Source: Chiloscyllium plagiosum (lineage: Eukaryota). From it: DNA of 64,000 nucleotides. The notes beneath the pieces were generated by a model. It was not told the DNA's origin and searched no databases. It worked only from the letters and a program-made list of their open reading frames with translations. Made by a program: the position numbers and the translations under genes. Location: contig NC_057719.1 of assembly GCF_004010195.1 (NCBI RefSeq), positions 11,098,507-11,162,506 on the forward strand, in the 5' to 3' direction. Of this stretch, positions 37,941 to 51,043 are shown one piece after another; position 1 is the first letter of the stretch, and every line of letters begins with the position of its first letter.

Positions 37941-40900
37941 GTAATAACCATAAAACCACAGACATTCTTCTTGATTGTCAATGGCATAACTCTTGGCACC
38001 ACTCACCCATCACTGTCACAGTGCAGTATACACAGCACACAGCACTAAATCAGCAAGCCATGAGACCTCTGCCAAAGAGGAACAGGGCACTAAGATCCTA
38101 GCCAGGATCACTCAGGAGACTTGCCACCAGGAAATCATTTACTGGGCACCATCAGCACTGGGCCTGCAGTAGTGGAAGGGAAGAGGAACATTGCCATGTG
38201 AGGTCAATTGCAGAGGACTATCAATGTGACCGTAGCAGCATCATTCAGATCTCAAAATCATACAGACCATGTCTGTGACAATCTGACAAGTATTGGTCAT
38301 CTTCAAGTGCTCTGAGAAATAAGGCATGAATTGAACAGAGGACACACTGCAGCACACAAATAACTGAGCTTCAATATATAGCACAGAAAATGACACTGAC
38401 ACCAGCCATGTGTGGAATAACATAGAGCTTTGTCTCAAGGTCGAGAAGAGTTGCCACTGCCACAGAATGTCTGAGCTAAACCTGGAGTATCAACTGATCT
38501 TATCACCTCACAACATTATGACTTGAACATGATGGTCATGCTTATTCAGACTATAAATGCTGGAGAATTACAGTATAGAGTGACACTGTGTGCCATAACA
38601 GCTTAACCTGACACCGGAGAATTTGTCAGAGTATCAAAGTGAGAGGCCTGATATCGAGAGAGTGATTTATATAGTTTCTCTATTAGTGAAGGCGCCATAA
38701 ACAATAATCCTAAGGATGTAGTACATTAGAGAACATTACAGTGAAGGCTTGCTGTCTCCAGTAGATCATCCGGCTTCTAAAGTAAGGACACAAAGACCTT
38801 TTCTGCATACTCTGAAATTTTCAATGACTCAATTTACGATTTTCTTTTTTCCTTAACTCCCTTCCCTAACAATTTTATTTTACCAAAGTCACGCACCTTT
38901 GTTGGCCAGTAGCCAACATCCACTTGTTACTGGGCCACATTTTCTCACCTTTATGATGGTGAAAATGTCAGCACTCATCATTACTTGTCTGAAATTGTCA
39001 GCAACATCTCGAATCCACACATGAACAGTTAAACATGAAAACCCATAAGATAGAAACACAGACAACAGCACAGTTGTTATCAATGATTTTACATTTTTCC
39101 ACACACTGGTGAACTCACTATAGAGAACAATGCATTAGAATTTAGAGCCAATGAGAACTCCCCCTTTTACACCATTCTTAAAAACACCCTGACAAAATTA
39201 CGCCTTATTAAGAAATTGTAACTACATGTTTAAATGGTGCCCCAGGTCATAATTCCTATGGTAGTGGTTGTGGTTTATATTTGTGCAAACCCCACATCAT
39301 TCTCTTTCTGACACAAGAAAAGAAACTACTGCCCGGTTCATTTATAGCTTCAAATTCAAAATCCTAAGTACCTAGTCTCTGCCACTCCATTCATCACATT
39401 TCTGCAGCTATTAGTTGTTTGGCCACACACTCGCCTCCATCCTTGATGCTTTCAGACTTTACAGGCAGAATCTCCTGCTCAAATTGGTGACAAACTCTGA
39501 AGGGAGAAGGGACTAGAATTAGGTGCTGTTGATCTGAACAAGAGTTAAATTACAGACAGCAAGGCCTTGGTTGACATTCCCACTGAGCCACCATTGAAGT
39601 CCTTAAGATTTACATTTAATTACAATTTAGGATCGCTTAACAGCTTCATCTTACCACTTGCTGGGATTAACCCAGTTGCAAAGCAGACTTGTCACTATGT
39701 GGCATGCATAATAGGGCTGCTCAAGTGTAAGGTGGGGTCAGTCTATGTCCGATCAAGAAACTGGACATAGGGTGGGGAAAGGAGGTCCAGAAAAAGCTAT
39801 TTCCTGCCCTTGCTTGAAACCCCACTACCTTCCTCTCTTCATGAATCTCCCATGTCATAAAACATGCTCAACCCTCATTTCCACTTAAGTCCAGAACACA
39901 CAAACGTATGAAGCTATTGCCATTCATTGTGAGGTCTGGCTGGGTCATATATAGCAGTATCAGTTCTCAGTTGTCATCCTGAAGTGCAAAAAAAGACTCC
40001 TAGCTGCTTTTTTCTAGAGCAAACCATCTTCTCAAACTTCTCTCCATTGTCTTCTCTAGGCTCACCTCCAAAAATCTTGAAAGCAACTAACATAACTGTC
40101 TTATAAGGTCCAGCATCCTTGCCAGATGGCACCACTGTTCCTGGGTGCCTGGAGATCCCCTTGACTTGATACCAGAACCAAACAGGTATTGAGAAAGGGC
40201 AAATGTACATCACAGAGACTGCCAACTCGGGCTAACCATTACATCTCACTGGTTAATGATTGACCTTTCTCATGCCAATTGAAAAATGAACAGACCTTCT
40301 CATTGCCTGATTAGATAATTAGATCAGTCAATCGTCTTTGCCTTCATCTCCATTGTTTTTTTTAAATTAATGTCACAGCCAGAGGGCATGAGGAAAAACA
40401 CAAAAGAAAGAAAATCTCTAATTTCTTCTTTATTTTCATGTTTAAAATTCTGTTTCTATTGAAAATGGACAACATTGCTCTGCTCAAAATGGCCAAGGTT
40501 GATCAAATGATCACATTTCCAGAAAATTCTCTGCATGATATAGACATTCCAACCAAGGCTGCTGACACAAAGGACTTGTAGATGAGCTGTATCATTCCAG
40601 CCAGTTCTGGATGAAGGAAAACATCATGAACCATGCTGATAAAATGGATGATAATGCTTGTACGGTGACACCTCACAGTGAAAACACTGATGGGGAAGGT
40701 AGATGGGCAAGTGGTGAAAATAAAGGGAGTGATTGCAAATGAAGGGACGCACAGAGTCAACTATTCAGGTCTGTCTAAAGAGGATCAGTGAGGCCCTGCA
40801 AAGCTGTGGGAAATGTGGAGGAGCATCATCATGTAAAAGTGAACATAGAATTCACCAGTTCGAGTGACACCTACAAGAATCAATGGATCTGTTCAGAAGT

Positions 40901-41071
40901 AGATGCCATAATAAGGGCAAAGATTTCTCAGAGACTGAACCATCTGAGTGGTGTTGGCTACAGCTTCAGTGCATGTCAAAGACTTTTCAAAAAGACCTCT
41001 TGGAGAAAAAGAGAAAGGCATTCAAATCACTACATTCCTAAAACATGAGAGAGAATAGTAAGTAGATTTAA

Positions 41072-41237
41072 GTCAAGAGTGTGGGGCCGGAAAAACACAG
41101 TAGTCAGGCAGCATCCGAGGAACAGGAAACTCGATGCTTCATTGTTCCTGATGAAGGGCTTTTGCCCGAAACATTGATTCTCCTGCTCCTCGGATGCTTC
41201 CTGACCTGCTGTGCTTTTCCAGCACCACACTCTTGAC
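41072..41237. mobile_element. Penelope-derived inverted-repeat remnant with hammerhead core
   Basis: Inverted arms; plus strand at 41145-41178 reads UUC-CUGAUGA-A-GGGC-UUUU-GCCC-GAAA-C-AUU-GAU. Abuts a minus-strand CR1 fragment (41238-41430). Confidence 0.8.
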
Positions 41238-41754
41238 CTTTTCTATTCACTTTATCTATGCCCCTCATGATTTTATAAACCTCTATAAGGTCACCCCTCA
41301 ATCTCCTGTACTTCAGTGAAGAAAGTCCCAGCCTATTCTTATAAACCAAAGCTTCCAGTCCTGGCAGCATCTAAGTTTTTTCTCAACCCACTTCAATTTA
41401 ATAATATCCTTCCTGGAGTAGGGCGACTAGTGGTAAGTGACACAAGCCCACCTTTGCCAGAAATCTGCTTCCAAAGTTGTGAACAGAGACTACATTAAGA
41501 AACAACCAACCAAAACTCACGTACAACAACACACTGGCAGCAACAAGAGGGAGTACATCAAACCTACACGAGCTCAAGGACCATACACGAAGTAAGACAG
41601 ACGAGGGTGAAGATTCAGAGTGGAAGAACCTTCAACCATTGGGTGAAGAGGTGGATAATACAATAAATGTGACAACATCGTGCAGAGGAAGTCAAACAGT
41701 TAGGAGCTTTCCCCACTATTGACATCAAACAGCGAAAGAAAATTAGCAAATATA

Positions 41755-42490
41755 TACACCATCATGTTCTGTGGCACTATTACTATGCTAAATGAGACAG
41801 ACTTCAAAACAGATCTAGCAACTACATCCATGAGGCACTGTAGCCATCAACAGCAACAAAATTGCACTCCTGCACAATCAGCAATCTCTTGGCCCAGCAT
41901 ATGCTCCAGTCCACCACTACCATAAAGCCAGGGGATTAACCTGGTTCAATGGAAAGTGCAGCAGGACCAGGCATAACTTAGAAATTTCCATCTGGTGAAG
42001 CTACCAAACAGGACTACCTACATGCCAAACAGCATAAGCAGCAAGTGATCGACAGAGCTAAGCCATCCCACAACTAACAAATCATTTCTAAGTTCCGAAG
42101 TCCTGCCACGTCTAGTCATGAATGGCGATGGGCAATTAAACAATTCACTTGGAGAGGAGGCTCCACAAATATTCTTAATGATGGAAGAGCCCAGCACGTC
42201 AGTGCAAAAGATAAGGTGAAGCATTCGCAGCAATCTTCAACCACAAGTGCCAAGTGGATGATCCATGTCAACCTCATTATAGCACTGAATTCCAGAGATG
42301 AGGTGAGAAAGACAGCCCTTGGCATCAAGGCCATATTCAACCAAATTTGACCTGGCTACACTGAAGGAACAGTGACATATTTCCAAGTCAGGATGATAAG
42401 TGGCTTGGAGGGGAGTTTACTGGTGATGGCATTCCCAGGTATCTGTTGACCTTATCCTTCCAGATGGGGAATGGTTTTGGTTTTCAGAAG
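41755..42490 (+). mobile_element. LINE family B internal ORF2 fragment, followed by an inverted 3' piece
   Basis: Decayed coding blocks (HHVLWHYYYAK, TTTIKPGD*PGSME); 42360-42490 matches family B 3' UTR on the minus strand. Confidence 0.55.
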
Positions 42491-42616
42491 ATGGGTTGCA
42501 ATCATTTGAGAACTAGCCTCTCAGCAGAGGTGAGTCTGCAGACAGCAATTAATGAGGAGCATGATATTCAGGCATATTTTCTCATATTCCAAACCTAGCT
42601 TTATTTTACAATTACT

Positions 42617-42897
42617 TAGAGTCAGAGTCATAGAGATATACAGCATGGAAACAGACCCTTCGATTCAACTTGTCCATGCCAACCAGATATCCTAACCGAA
42701 TCTAGTCCCACCTGCCAGCACCTTGGCCATATCCCTCCAAACCCTTCCTATTCATATACCCATCCAGATGTTGCAATTGTATTAGCCTCCACCACTCCCT
42801 CTGGCAGCTCATTCCATACATTGCACCCTCTGCGTGAAAACATTGCCCCTTTTATACCTTTCCCCTCTCCCCCTAAACCTATGCCCTCTAGTTCTGG
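42617..42897 (-). mobile_element. HER1-like CR1 3' end
   Basis: Reverse complement of about 51190-51492 with the (CTATGACT) tail. Confidence 0.88.
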
Positions 42898-43128
42898 AGC
42901 ACCAGGGTCCCAGGTTCAATTCCAGCCTCGTGTGACTGTTTGTGTGGAGTTTGCACATTCTCCCCTTGTCTGTGTGAGTTTCCTCTGGGTGCTCCGGTTT
43001 CCTCCCACAGTTCACAGATGTGCAGGTCAGGTGAATTGGCCATGCTAAATTGCCCATAGTGTTAGGTGGGAGGGAAATGGGTCTGGTGGGTGTTTCCACA
43101 CTGTAGGGAATCTAATCTAATCCAATCT
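42898..43128 (+). mobile_element. 5'-truncated HE1-type SINE
   Basis: B-box ggttcaattcc, V-domain and (TCTAA)n tail; the A-box region is missing. Confidence 0.85.
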
Positions 43129-43921
43129 CTCCTTAAGTAAACAAAGCTGGATCTAGGTTGAATACTCATCTCAGTTTATCAATTTTATCTTTCGAGAAAT
43201 GTTTGGGAGCGCTTGGTTTATTTTTTCATGATATCATTAACCTACGCAGCTACTTTTAATGATTTGTAAATGTATATCTTTGCTCCTCTACTCTATTCAG
43301 ACTCTTATACCCGAGCGTTGCGTATAATCTTCATCCTTGATGGTAAACTTGCATGGTCTCATTTATATCTATGTTGTTGCATTGTAGAAACAACACCAAC
43401 TAATTTGAACTTATCAAGGTCCAAAGACCAGTAATAATGAATGGATAATCCATTTCTGTGATGCTGGTTGGGGTAAAAATATTGGACCCAAAGCACTGGA
43501 AGAATTCCTATTGTTATACTGACTTTTTATATCCACTTGAGGGAATTGATGGAATTCAGGTTAACACCTCACCTGAAAGAGGCATCACTTTCCACCTACA
43601 GACAGCCAATCATTCGGTTGGGCAGACCTCCATGGATCAGAGCTGACAAACATATCGGACCATAAATGCATTTACACAGCCGCTTGGTGCTACCTACCAG
43701 TGAATCTAGGCTCCTGAAGGGATTAAGAGCGACAAACCTGTGTTAGGGATGCACTGAACAGAAAATCAGTTGCCCAGCTTACCTTATCCCTCTCTCAAAT
43801 TCAGATCATCAGGCAAATCACATGAGTGCACAATAAGGTTGTTCTCAATATCTTAAAACTTTGGTTAACTGGGCTCAACTCTGGCTTTCTGGCACTTTCA
43901 TCATCTGACCTCTAACTGACA

Positions 43922-44150
43922 TAGAGGGTGGTACATGTATGGAATGAGCTGCCAGAGGAAGTGGTGGAGGCTGATACAATTGCAACATTTAAAAGGCATT
44001 TGGATGGGTATATGAATAGGAAGGGTTTGGAGGGGTATGGGCCGTGTGATGGCAGGTGGGACTAGATTGGGTTGGGATATCTGGTCGGCATGGACGGGTT
44101 GGACCGATGAGTCTGTTTCTGTGCTGTACATCTCTATGACTCTATGACTG
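43922..44150 (+). mobile_element. HER1-like CR1 3' end
   Basis: agagggtggtacatgtatggaatgagctgcc...catctctatgactctatgact. Confidence 0.88.
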
Positions 44151-45261
44151 AATTGGCTCAGAGATAAATGTTGTGCAGTGTATGTTACTATTATCATCTC
44201 ACTGACTGTCTCTATCTTGTGCCCTTCCCTCCAGCCCACTGACCTGTCAAGCATTTTCCAGCTTTTTATTTCTTTTATTTCAGATTACCAGCATCTGCAG
44301 TATTTTCAATTTTGTTTCAGTGACATTTTATGGCTGGGAGAGTGGTCTATTAAAGAAACGCATATGAAAGGATGACAGGAAGGAAACAGTAAAAAAGAAG
44401 GCAACAACTTATATTTATATCACACTTTTAACAGAATAAAACTAATCACAAAGTCCTTCGTAGGAAGGTTATAAAATGAAGTACAACTCCAGATGAGGAA
44501 ATACTAGGAAAAACCTTGATCAAAGAGGCAGGTTTTAAGTAGAGTCAGAAAGGATGAAAATAAGACCTACAGGTGAAGAGGAACAGAGGCAGGGAATGCC
44601 AGAACCTGAAGGCTAGGCGATTGAAGACAAAGCAAGCAACTCTGGAGCAATTATAACTGGGACTACTCAACGATCAGAATTGGAGAAGCACATGTTTTTT
44701 CAGAGGGCTGTGGGATTAGAGGATATGGAGAAAGAGACAAGACTGTGGATGAGTAGATCTTGAAAAAAATAAGGCGCTAATTAAGCAAATAGGAATTAAT
44801 GGAAATAAAATACATTATAAGCAGCATTTGAATACATGCCAAAACGTTAAAAGAAACACTATATAGAAATGCAAAGAACCTTTAAGATCTTAAGGCTACA
44901 GCAGACAAACATTTGTGACAGAAACCAGATGGGAGGATCAGTTGAACCTCAAATATTCATAAAGAGACAGTGTCAGGAAAGTGATAAGACTTGTTTATGT
45001 GGACATCCAATGGACAAAGTAAGCCTGTTCAAACTGCTACGGAGACAGAGTTTAAATCTAAAAAGTCAACACTCATACGCACAATGACAGGCAGACAGAT
45101 CAGCCATCTTTGGACATGGATAAGGGTTGAGTTCCAAGAAGAATTCCCCATTTGAAGACTGAGACAAAGGCCCTCCAAAGAAACTAAACAGGATTGGGTT
45201 ATAATTTTAAGTCTGATTTAAAGAATTTTAAGGGTAGATTTAAACACGGTGTATAAGTTTA

Positions 45262-45986
45262 TATGGTTAATGGCAGGACTCTGAACATCATTAATGTACA
45301 GAGAGTTCTTGGGGTCCAAGTCCATAGCTCCCTGAAAGTGTCCACGCAAATAGAGAGGGTGGTAAAGAAGGCATATGGCATGCTTGCCTCTATTGGTCAG
45401 GGAACTGAATACAAGAGTCAGGATGTCATTTTGCAGCTTTATAAGACTTTGGTTAGGCCATACTTACAGTATTCCATTCAATTGTGGTTACTACATTACA
45501 GGAAAGATATAGATGCTTTGGAGAGGATGCAGAAGAGGTTTACCAGGATGCTGCTTGGATTTGAGGGTGTGAACTTTAAGGAGAGGCTAGAAAAAACTTG
45601 GGTTGTTTTCTTTGGAGTGGTGGAGGCTGAGGGGAGACTTGATAAAAGTCTATAAAATTATGAGATGCATAGAGGGTTGATGGTCAGAACCTTTTTCCCA
45701 AAGTTAAAATATCTAAAACGAGAGGGCATGCATCTAAGAAGTTCAAAGAAGACGTGAGAGGCAAGTTTTTCACCAAGAGAGTGGCTGGAGTTTGAAACGC
45801 ACTACCAGGGGTGGGAATGGAGGCAGATATGACAGAGGTATTTAAGGAACTTTTAGATAAGCACACATAGATGCAAGGAACAGAGGGAAATGGGCAAAGG
45901 GCAGGCAGAAGGGAATAGTTTAGTTTGGCATCATGTTCGACATAACATTGAAGGCCCGTTCCTGTGCTGTACTGTTCTATATTCTA
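45262..45986 (+). mobile_element. CR1 LINE 3' portion
   Basis: ORF 45263-45655 (LYKTLVRPYLQYSIQLW, LERMQKRFTRML). Confidence 0.85.
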
Positions 45987-46289
45987 ATAGTGATATTACA
46001 ACTAGCTTTGAAAATCTACATTACAATGATCATTCTGATATAAATTAGACTTTTACAATAAATATTTATAAGTAATTATAAAAGAAATAGTAGTCTCATA
46101 TTTAATTTCTCAAAAGCTTACATCTAAATAACAACCACCTAGAATTCTTAAGTTAGGATATTAAGTGCTGATAACTTTAAAAAAGTTGTTCCTTTTATAA
46201 TACACCTGTCGATATATTTTACCCTGAGATCATTTTGGTGGTTTGCAAACTCCTGGGGCATTACATTTCATGACAGGACTCAGTTTCAA

Positions 46290-46527
46290 GGTCTCTCAAA
46301 GGGCGTGAATCTGGGAAATTCACTATCCAGACTGTGGTGGATGCTGGAACATTGAGTAAATTTAAGGAGATCAATGGATTTTTAATCAGCAACTAGTTAA
46401 AGGGTTATGGTGAGCGGGCAGGAAAGTGGAGTTGAGGCTGAGAAGAGATCAGGCATAATTGTATGGGATAGCGGAACAGGCTCAAGGGGCTGAATTATCT
46501 ACTCCTGCTCCTAGTTCATATGTTCTA
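46290..46527 (+). mobile_element. CR1 LINE 3' UTR
   Basis: gtgaatctgggaaattcact...ctactcctgctcctagttcatatgttct. Confidence 0.65.
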
Positions 46528-46699
46528 ACGTTGGCAAAGCTGACTCAGCTCCTTTAATGATTTGAAATTGTCTTTAACTGAGGTTTTAAACTGACAGTAA
46601 GTTTCACTATATAGTTTATCTTGCCAGGATGGGGAAGTTAAAGGTAGTAGAGCCATTAACAGTGGGACTTGCAAAAAAGGATTAAAATTTAAAACAAAA

Positions 46700-47200
46700 G
46701 ATGCAGCTTGAAGAGAAATAGCACCTTATCACATCACTGGAAGTGTCAGAGAAGTTTGTGTACATTACATTACTTTGATCTGCAATCAGAGATACATAGG
46801 GAAACATGGCAGATATTTTGTAATGACAAGATGTCATACAAATGGCAATGAGATAGCCGATCAGCTAAATGATGACAAAGAGAGTCTGCCATTTCGTGGG
46901 GGAGTTTGATAGTAGAAATGTTAGTCAGGATTGAACTTCCAATTGGACTCAGTAGTTAGTGGAACAGAAAACAGTTGGAGCATTTGGTTAGTTTCTCATC
47001 GGAAGGATCTGAAGTAAACTCTTAGTCATTGATTGTAGATCAGAAGCTGTGCAAGTCCATGTGCCTCCACAGAATGTGTTTAAAGCCAGTGTTTATTCAA
47101 CCAGGTTAGTTAATATCTCCCAGTGCTATACTGGGACTATCAACCTGGATATTTTGGTTACTGTCCCAGCATGGACATTAAACCCATGTCCTTTTGACTC
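46700..47200 (-). mobile_element. Ancient SINE remnants, possibly Deu-domain (SacSINE1/AmnSINE-like)
   Basis: Degenerate blocks recur at about 1800-1925, 3290-3400, 4480-4650, 20800-20960, 43430-43600 and 57555-57800; family assignment is from memory only. Confidence 0.35.
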
Positions 47201-47578
47201 ATAGTTATAGAGATGTACAGCACGGAAACAGGCACTTTGGTAAAACTCACACACGTTGACCAGATATCTAAATTAATCTAGTCCCAATTGCTGGTATTTG
47301 GCACAAACCCATCTAAGTCCTTCCTATTCATGTACCAATCCAGATGCCAAACTCAGTGACAAGATTGCTGGTAACTAAACCATTCCGGTCACATCTAGAT
47401 GATTAAAATGGGATACAGAATAACACCAACAGCCAAGGTTCAGTTCTCATACTGGACTTGCTAGAACATGGAGGCCTGCCTATTATTCCCTCCTTGTATA
47501 ATATACATGGAGTGAAATCCCACTTTCATATGTACTTACAAATTAAGGACAGGAATAGCCCCTTAAGCCAGCTCCACT

Positions 47579-47776
47579 ATTGAACCGAATTTAATTTATT
47601 GTCACGTGTACCGAGGCACAGTGAAAAGCTTTGTCTTGCGAGCGATACAGACAGATCACAGAGTTAGGTAGCATAGATAAGTAAATAATAGGTAAACAGT
47701 GGCAAAAACAGAAACACAGGTACAGGCAAATGTTAAGAGTTTAAGAGTCCATTCAGTATTCTAACAATAGGGTAGT
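47579..47776 (-). mobile_element. Rex1/Babar-like LINE 3' end
   Basis: ttgaaccgaatttaatttattgtcacgtgtaccgagg is the reverse complement of an aataaa-plus-short-repeat tail typical of this clade. Confidence 0.5.
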
Positions 47777-48357
47777 AGGGTATTTGGTAAGAGCATGATC
47801 GATTGGATTATATCCTGAATTCCACTATCCTCACTCCATTGTCAATCAAGAATCTATTGAGCTCAGCCTTAAAAATCTGGCAGGGTCACCAGGGAGGTAG
47901 TGGCTGCTGTCAGTGGTGCATCCAACAAACCTGGCCCTGGACCCAGGTACAGACAAGTGATGGCAGGGTCAGGAACATGGGAGGGGAAAGTAGAAAAAGT
48001 GAAAACAAAGGTATGGGGCTGGCTCTTAACAGCCCCACTTTCCGATACCGGGTCAGTCAATCACACACAGAGTACTTTGGAATGATGGACCCTCCTGGAA
48101 TGAGCCTGGTCAAGCTCCCTGCAGAGTGAACATCACTCTCACGCCTCCGAACAGCAGCAACAGTTGAGGCTCTTGAGTGGTCATTTTATGACTTAAGGGC
48201 CTTAACTGGATGTCATCATGATTTAATAGCTATTAAATATTTGTGTAGAAGGAGTGAGGGGAGGCGATCCAGATGGACTGCTGAAGTTCTGGGCAGGTGA
48301 ATTGTTAATAATGTTAAATTCCAGACCATCCGCTGATGGTCAACAACAGGAGATTAT

Positions 48358-48538
48358 TGTGGTGCTGGAAAAGTACAGCAGGTCAGGCAGCATCCGAGGA
48401 GCAGGAAAATCGATGAAAGGCTTTTGGCCAAAACGTCGATTTTCCTACTCCTCGGATGCTACCTGACCTGCTGTGCTTTTCCAGCACCACACTCTTGACT
48501 CTAAGCTCCAGCATTTGCAGTCCTCACTTTCACCTAAC
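48358..48538. mobile_element. Penelope-derived inverted-repeat remnant
   Basis: 54-nt arms 48358-48411 and 48438-48491 around a decayed hammerhead core. Confidence 0.82.
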
Positions 48539-48809
48539 TAGGGATCAGTGAATCATCCCCCCACTCAGACAGTACTTCATTAATTAAACAAAAATAATTT
48601 TAAATGTTATTGGAAAGTTGATAATATAAACAAGGAGAAAATAATGTTACTATTTTTGATTTCTGAAAAGGAAAAGGAGGAATTTTAAAATATGTCCTTA
48701 ATTCCATGGCTCCCTTCCTGGTATCTGGCACACATAGGCACTGGGGGTTGCAACTACATGAAATACACTATCTCATACACGCATTTTGGAAAGTCAAATC
48801 AAGTAGTTT

Positions 48810-49547
48810 CATGGTGAATGGAGGGCCCTAATGAGTGTAGTGGAACAGAGGGGCCTTGGGAGTTCAGGTGCACTATTCTCTGAAAGTGGAGTCACAGGAA
48901 GACAGGGCAGTGAAGAAGGTTTTTGGCATACTGGCTTTCATCAGTTAGGACACTGAGTGTAGAAGTTGGGAAATTATGTTGCAGTTGTACAGGACATTGG
49001 TGAGACCGCACTTGGAATATCGTGTTCAGTTTTGGTCACCTTGCTATAGGAAGGGTGTTATTAAACTGGAAAGAGTGCAGAAAAAAATTTACAAGGATGT
49101 TGCCAGGACTCAATGGTCTGAGTTATAAGGAGAGGTTGGACAAGCTAAGACATTTTTATTTCGAGCACAGGAGACTTATAGAAGTGAACAAGATCATGAG
49201 ACGCATGGACAGGGTGAATGTACTCAGTCTTTTTCCCAGGGTTAGGGAATCGAAGACTAGAGGGCATCAGTCTAAGGTTAGAGGGGAAAGAATAAAAGGG
49301 AATCTGAGGGGCAATGTTTTTACACAGAGGGTGGTACGCACATGGAATGAGCTGCCAGCAGAGGTGGTTGAAGCAGGTACATTAACAACATTTAAAAGGC
49401 ATTTGGACTAATAAATGGATAGGAAAGGTTGAGACAGATATGGGCCAAGTGCAGGGAAATGGGGTTAGCGTGGATGGGCATTTTGATTGGCATGGACCAT
49501 TTTGGGGCAAAGGGCCTGTCTCCATGATGTAGGACTCTATGACTCTA
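48810..49547 (+). mobile_element. CR1 LINE 3' portion
   Basis: ORF 49022-49411 (FTRMLPGL...FTQRVVRTWNELP); tail ggactctatgactctat. Confidence 0.87.
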
Positions 49548-51043
49548 TTTTTGGTGACTGGGAGAAGACTAAGCATCGCTGCCTCAAGATTGCTATGCAC
49601 TTTACAAATAAGTAGCCAGGACCACTCATCAATACCATCAGTGAGATTTTGATCCAAAGAAGAAAGAGGCAATCAAACAATCAATCTCCAAAGTGAAGAA
49701 ATCTACTTCCACCCCAATAAGTCCATCGTTCTGCTTTGATAAGGTCTTCAGGAGGTTACAATTCTGATTTCCCCTTTGAATCTCAGCTATTGTCTTGTGG
49801 GAGAATCACTGTGTGCAGTAGGGAGGTGTCTCTCTGATTGAGAATTCAGGATGCTCCTGTACTGGATAACAGGGACTTTACTGTACTTTGTAATTAGTAA
49901 GTCATCACTATTCCAAATTTAAGGAGTGTCAATGTATTTCATTGCTACTTACACAGAAGCAATGACTCACAGCCAATGGACCAAAGATAGACTACTGACC
50001 CAGCTACCAGTCTCATGACAGGGAACATGAAGCTTGGTTCATGTCAATGATTCAGGAGCTCTTGATCAAGGTTTATGCTGCTTTTGCTTAGATTTGTAAT
50101 GCAGTGTGTAAGAGGCTGAAATTGGATGAGATCACTCTCCACAGGATATCTCATACCCTTTTACGGGATTGAATCAAGTTATTATCACAACACATAAGTT
50201 GCATTACTGCAGAAGCATAGCTGCTTTTTGTACGACATCTTGCAGTTACATTCTGCACTGCTTTGCACTAATGCAACCATACAATAGCGAGACTGACTGC
50301 AAGATAACTCAGGCTAAGATCTAACATTCTGTAGAATTCCTGAAAATCTCAGTATACCTTGTTTGGCTACATCAATTAAAATGAGCCAATCAGAGTCCAT
50401 GATTCAACCATCAATCAGTGTCAGTCGTGGTTGAGCTATAAAGCCATCATTTTCTCATTAAATCCAAGGTTTCTGCCTCAGTAAATCTGCTGTGAGAATA
50501 TGTTCAGCACACTGAAAATTACTGTTACTACTTCACTGGACAATATAATGTTTTGGCTGTCTTCCGAGTTCTGAATAAATCTCCAAATGGATTGAATTTA
50601 TCTGTACAGTTGAGAACCAGACATGGAGAGATGAGGTTTGCATGTGGACATCAGAAATATTAAACAGAGGAGGGCAAGAAGCCAAATAAATCAATAAATC
50701 CTGGCCAGGTGACACAGCAACACTGATGCATTTATTTAGCACTGTTAGCATTATTAAGTCATTCCCAAGGCATTTTGGAAGAATATTGCCAAACAAAACT
50801 TGATATAGAACCACATGAGGAGAAAGCAGGAAAGATGCCCCACAACTTGGTCAAAGCAGTTAGCTTATGCCTTGTTTGAAAATACCTAGCTTGCAGAATT
50901 ACACAACATTTACACCATATAGGAAGTGACCATCCAGCTCAACTAGTCACTGCTAGTCTCTATGTTCCAAATTCCAAATGAGCCTCATCTTTATTGAACT
51001 CTATGAATAGCCTTCCACTTGTTTATTTTCATGAAGGTAACAA

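Noticed and set aside
38889..39104. Minus-strand ORF with AAG|gtgag donor and an ATGATGA/CTGA, snoRNA- or SECIS-like hairpin
   Set aside because: No similarity to ADCK1, no strong polypyrimidine acceptor, and box spacing too short for a C/D snoRNA.
39660..40800. GC-richer blocks (also about 4880-5380, 21880-22130, 47870-48350) possibly derived from PIF/Harbinger elements
   Set aside because: I could not identify TIRs, TSDs or transposase motifs with confidence.
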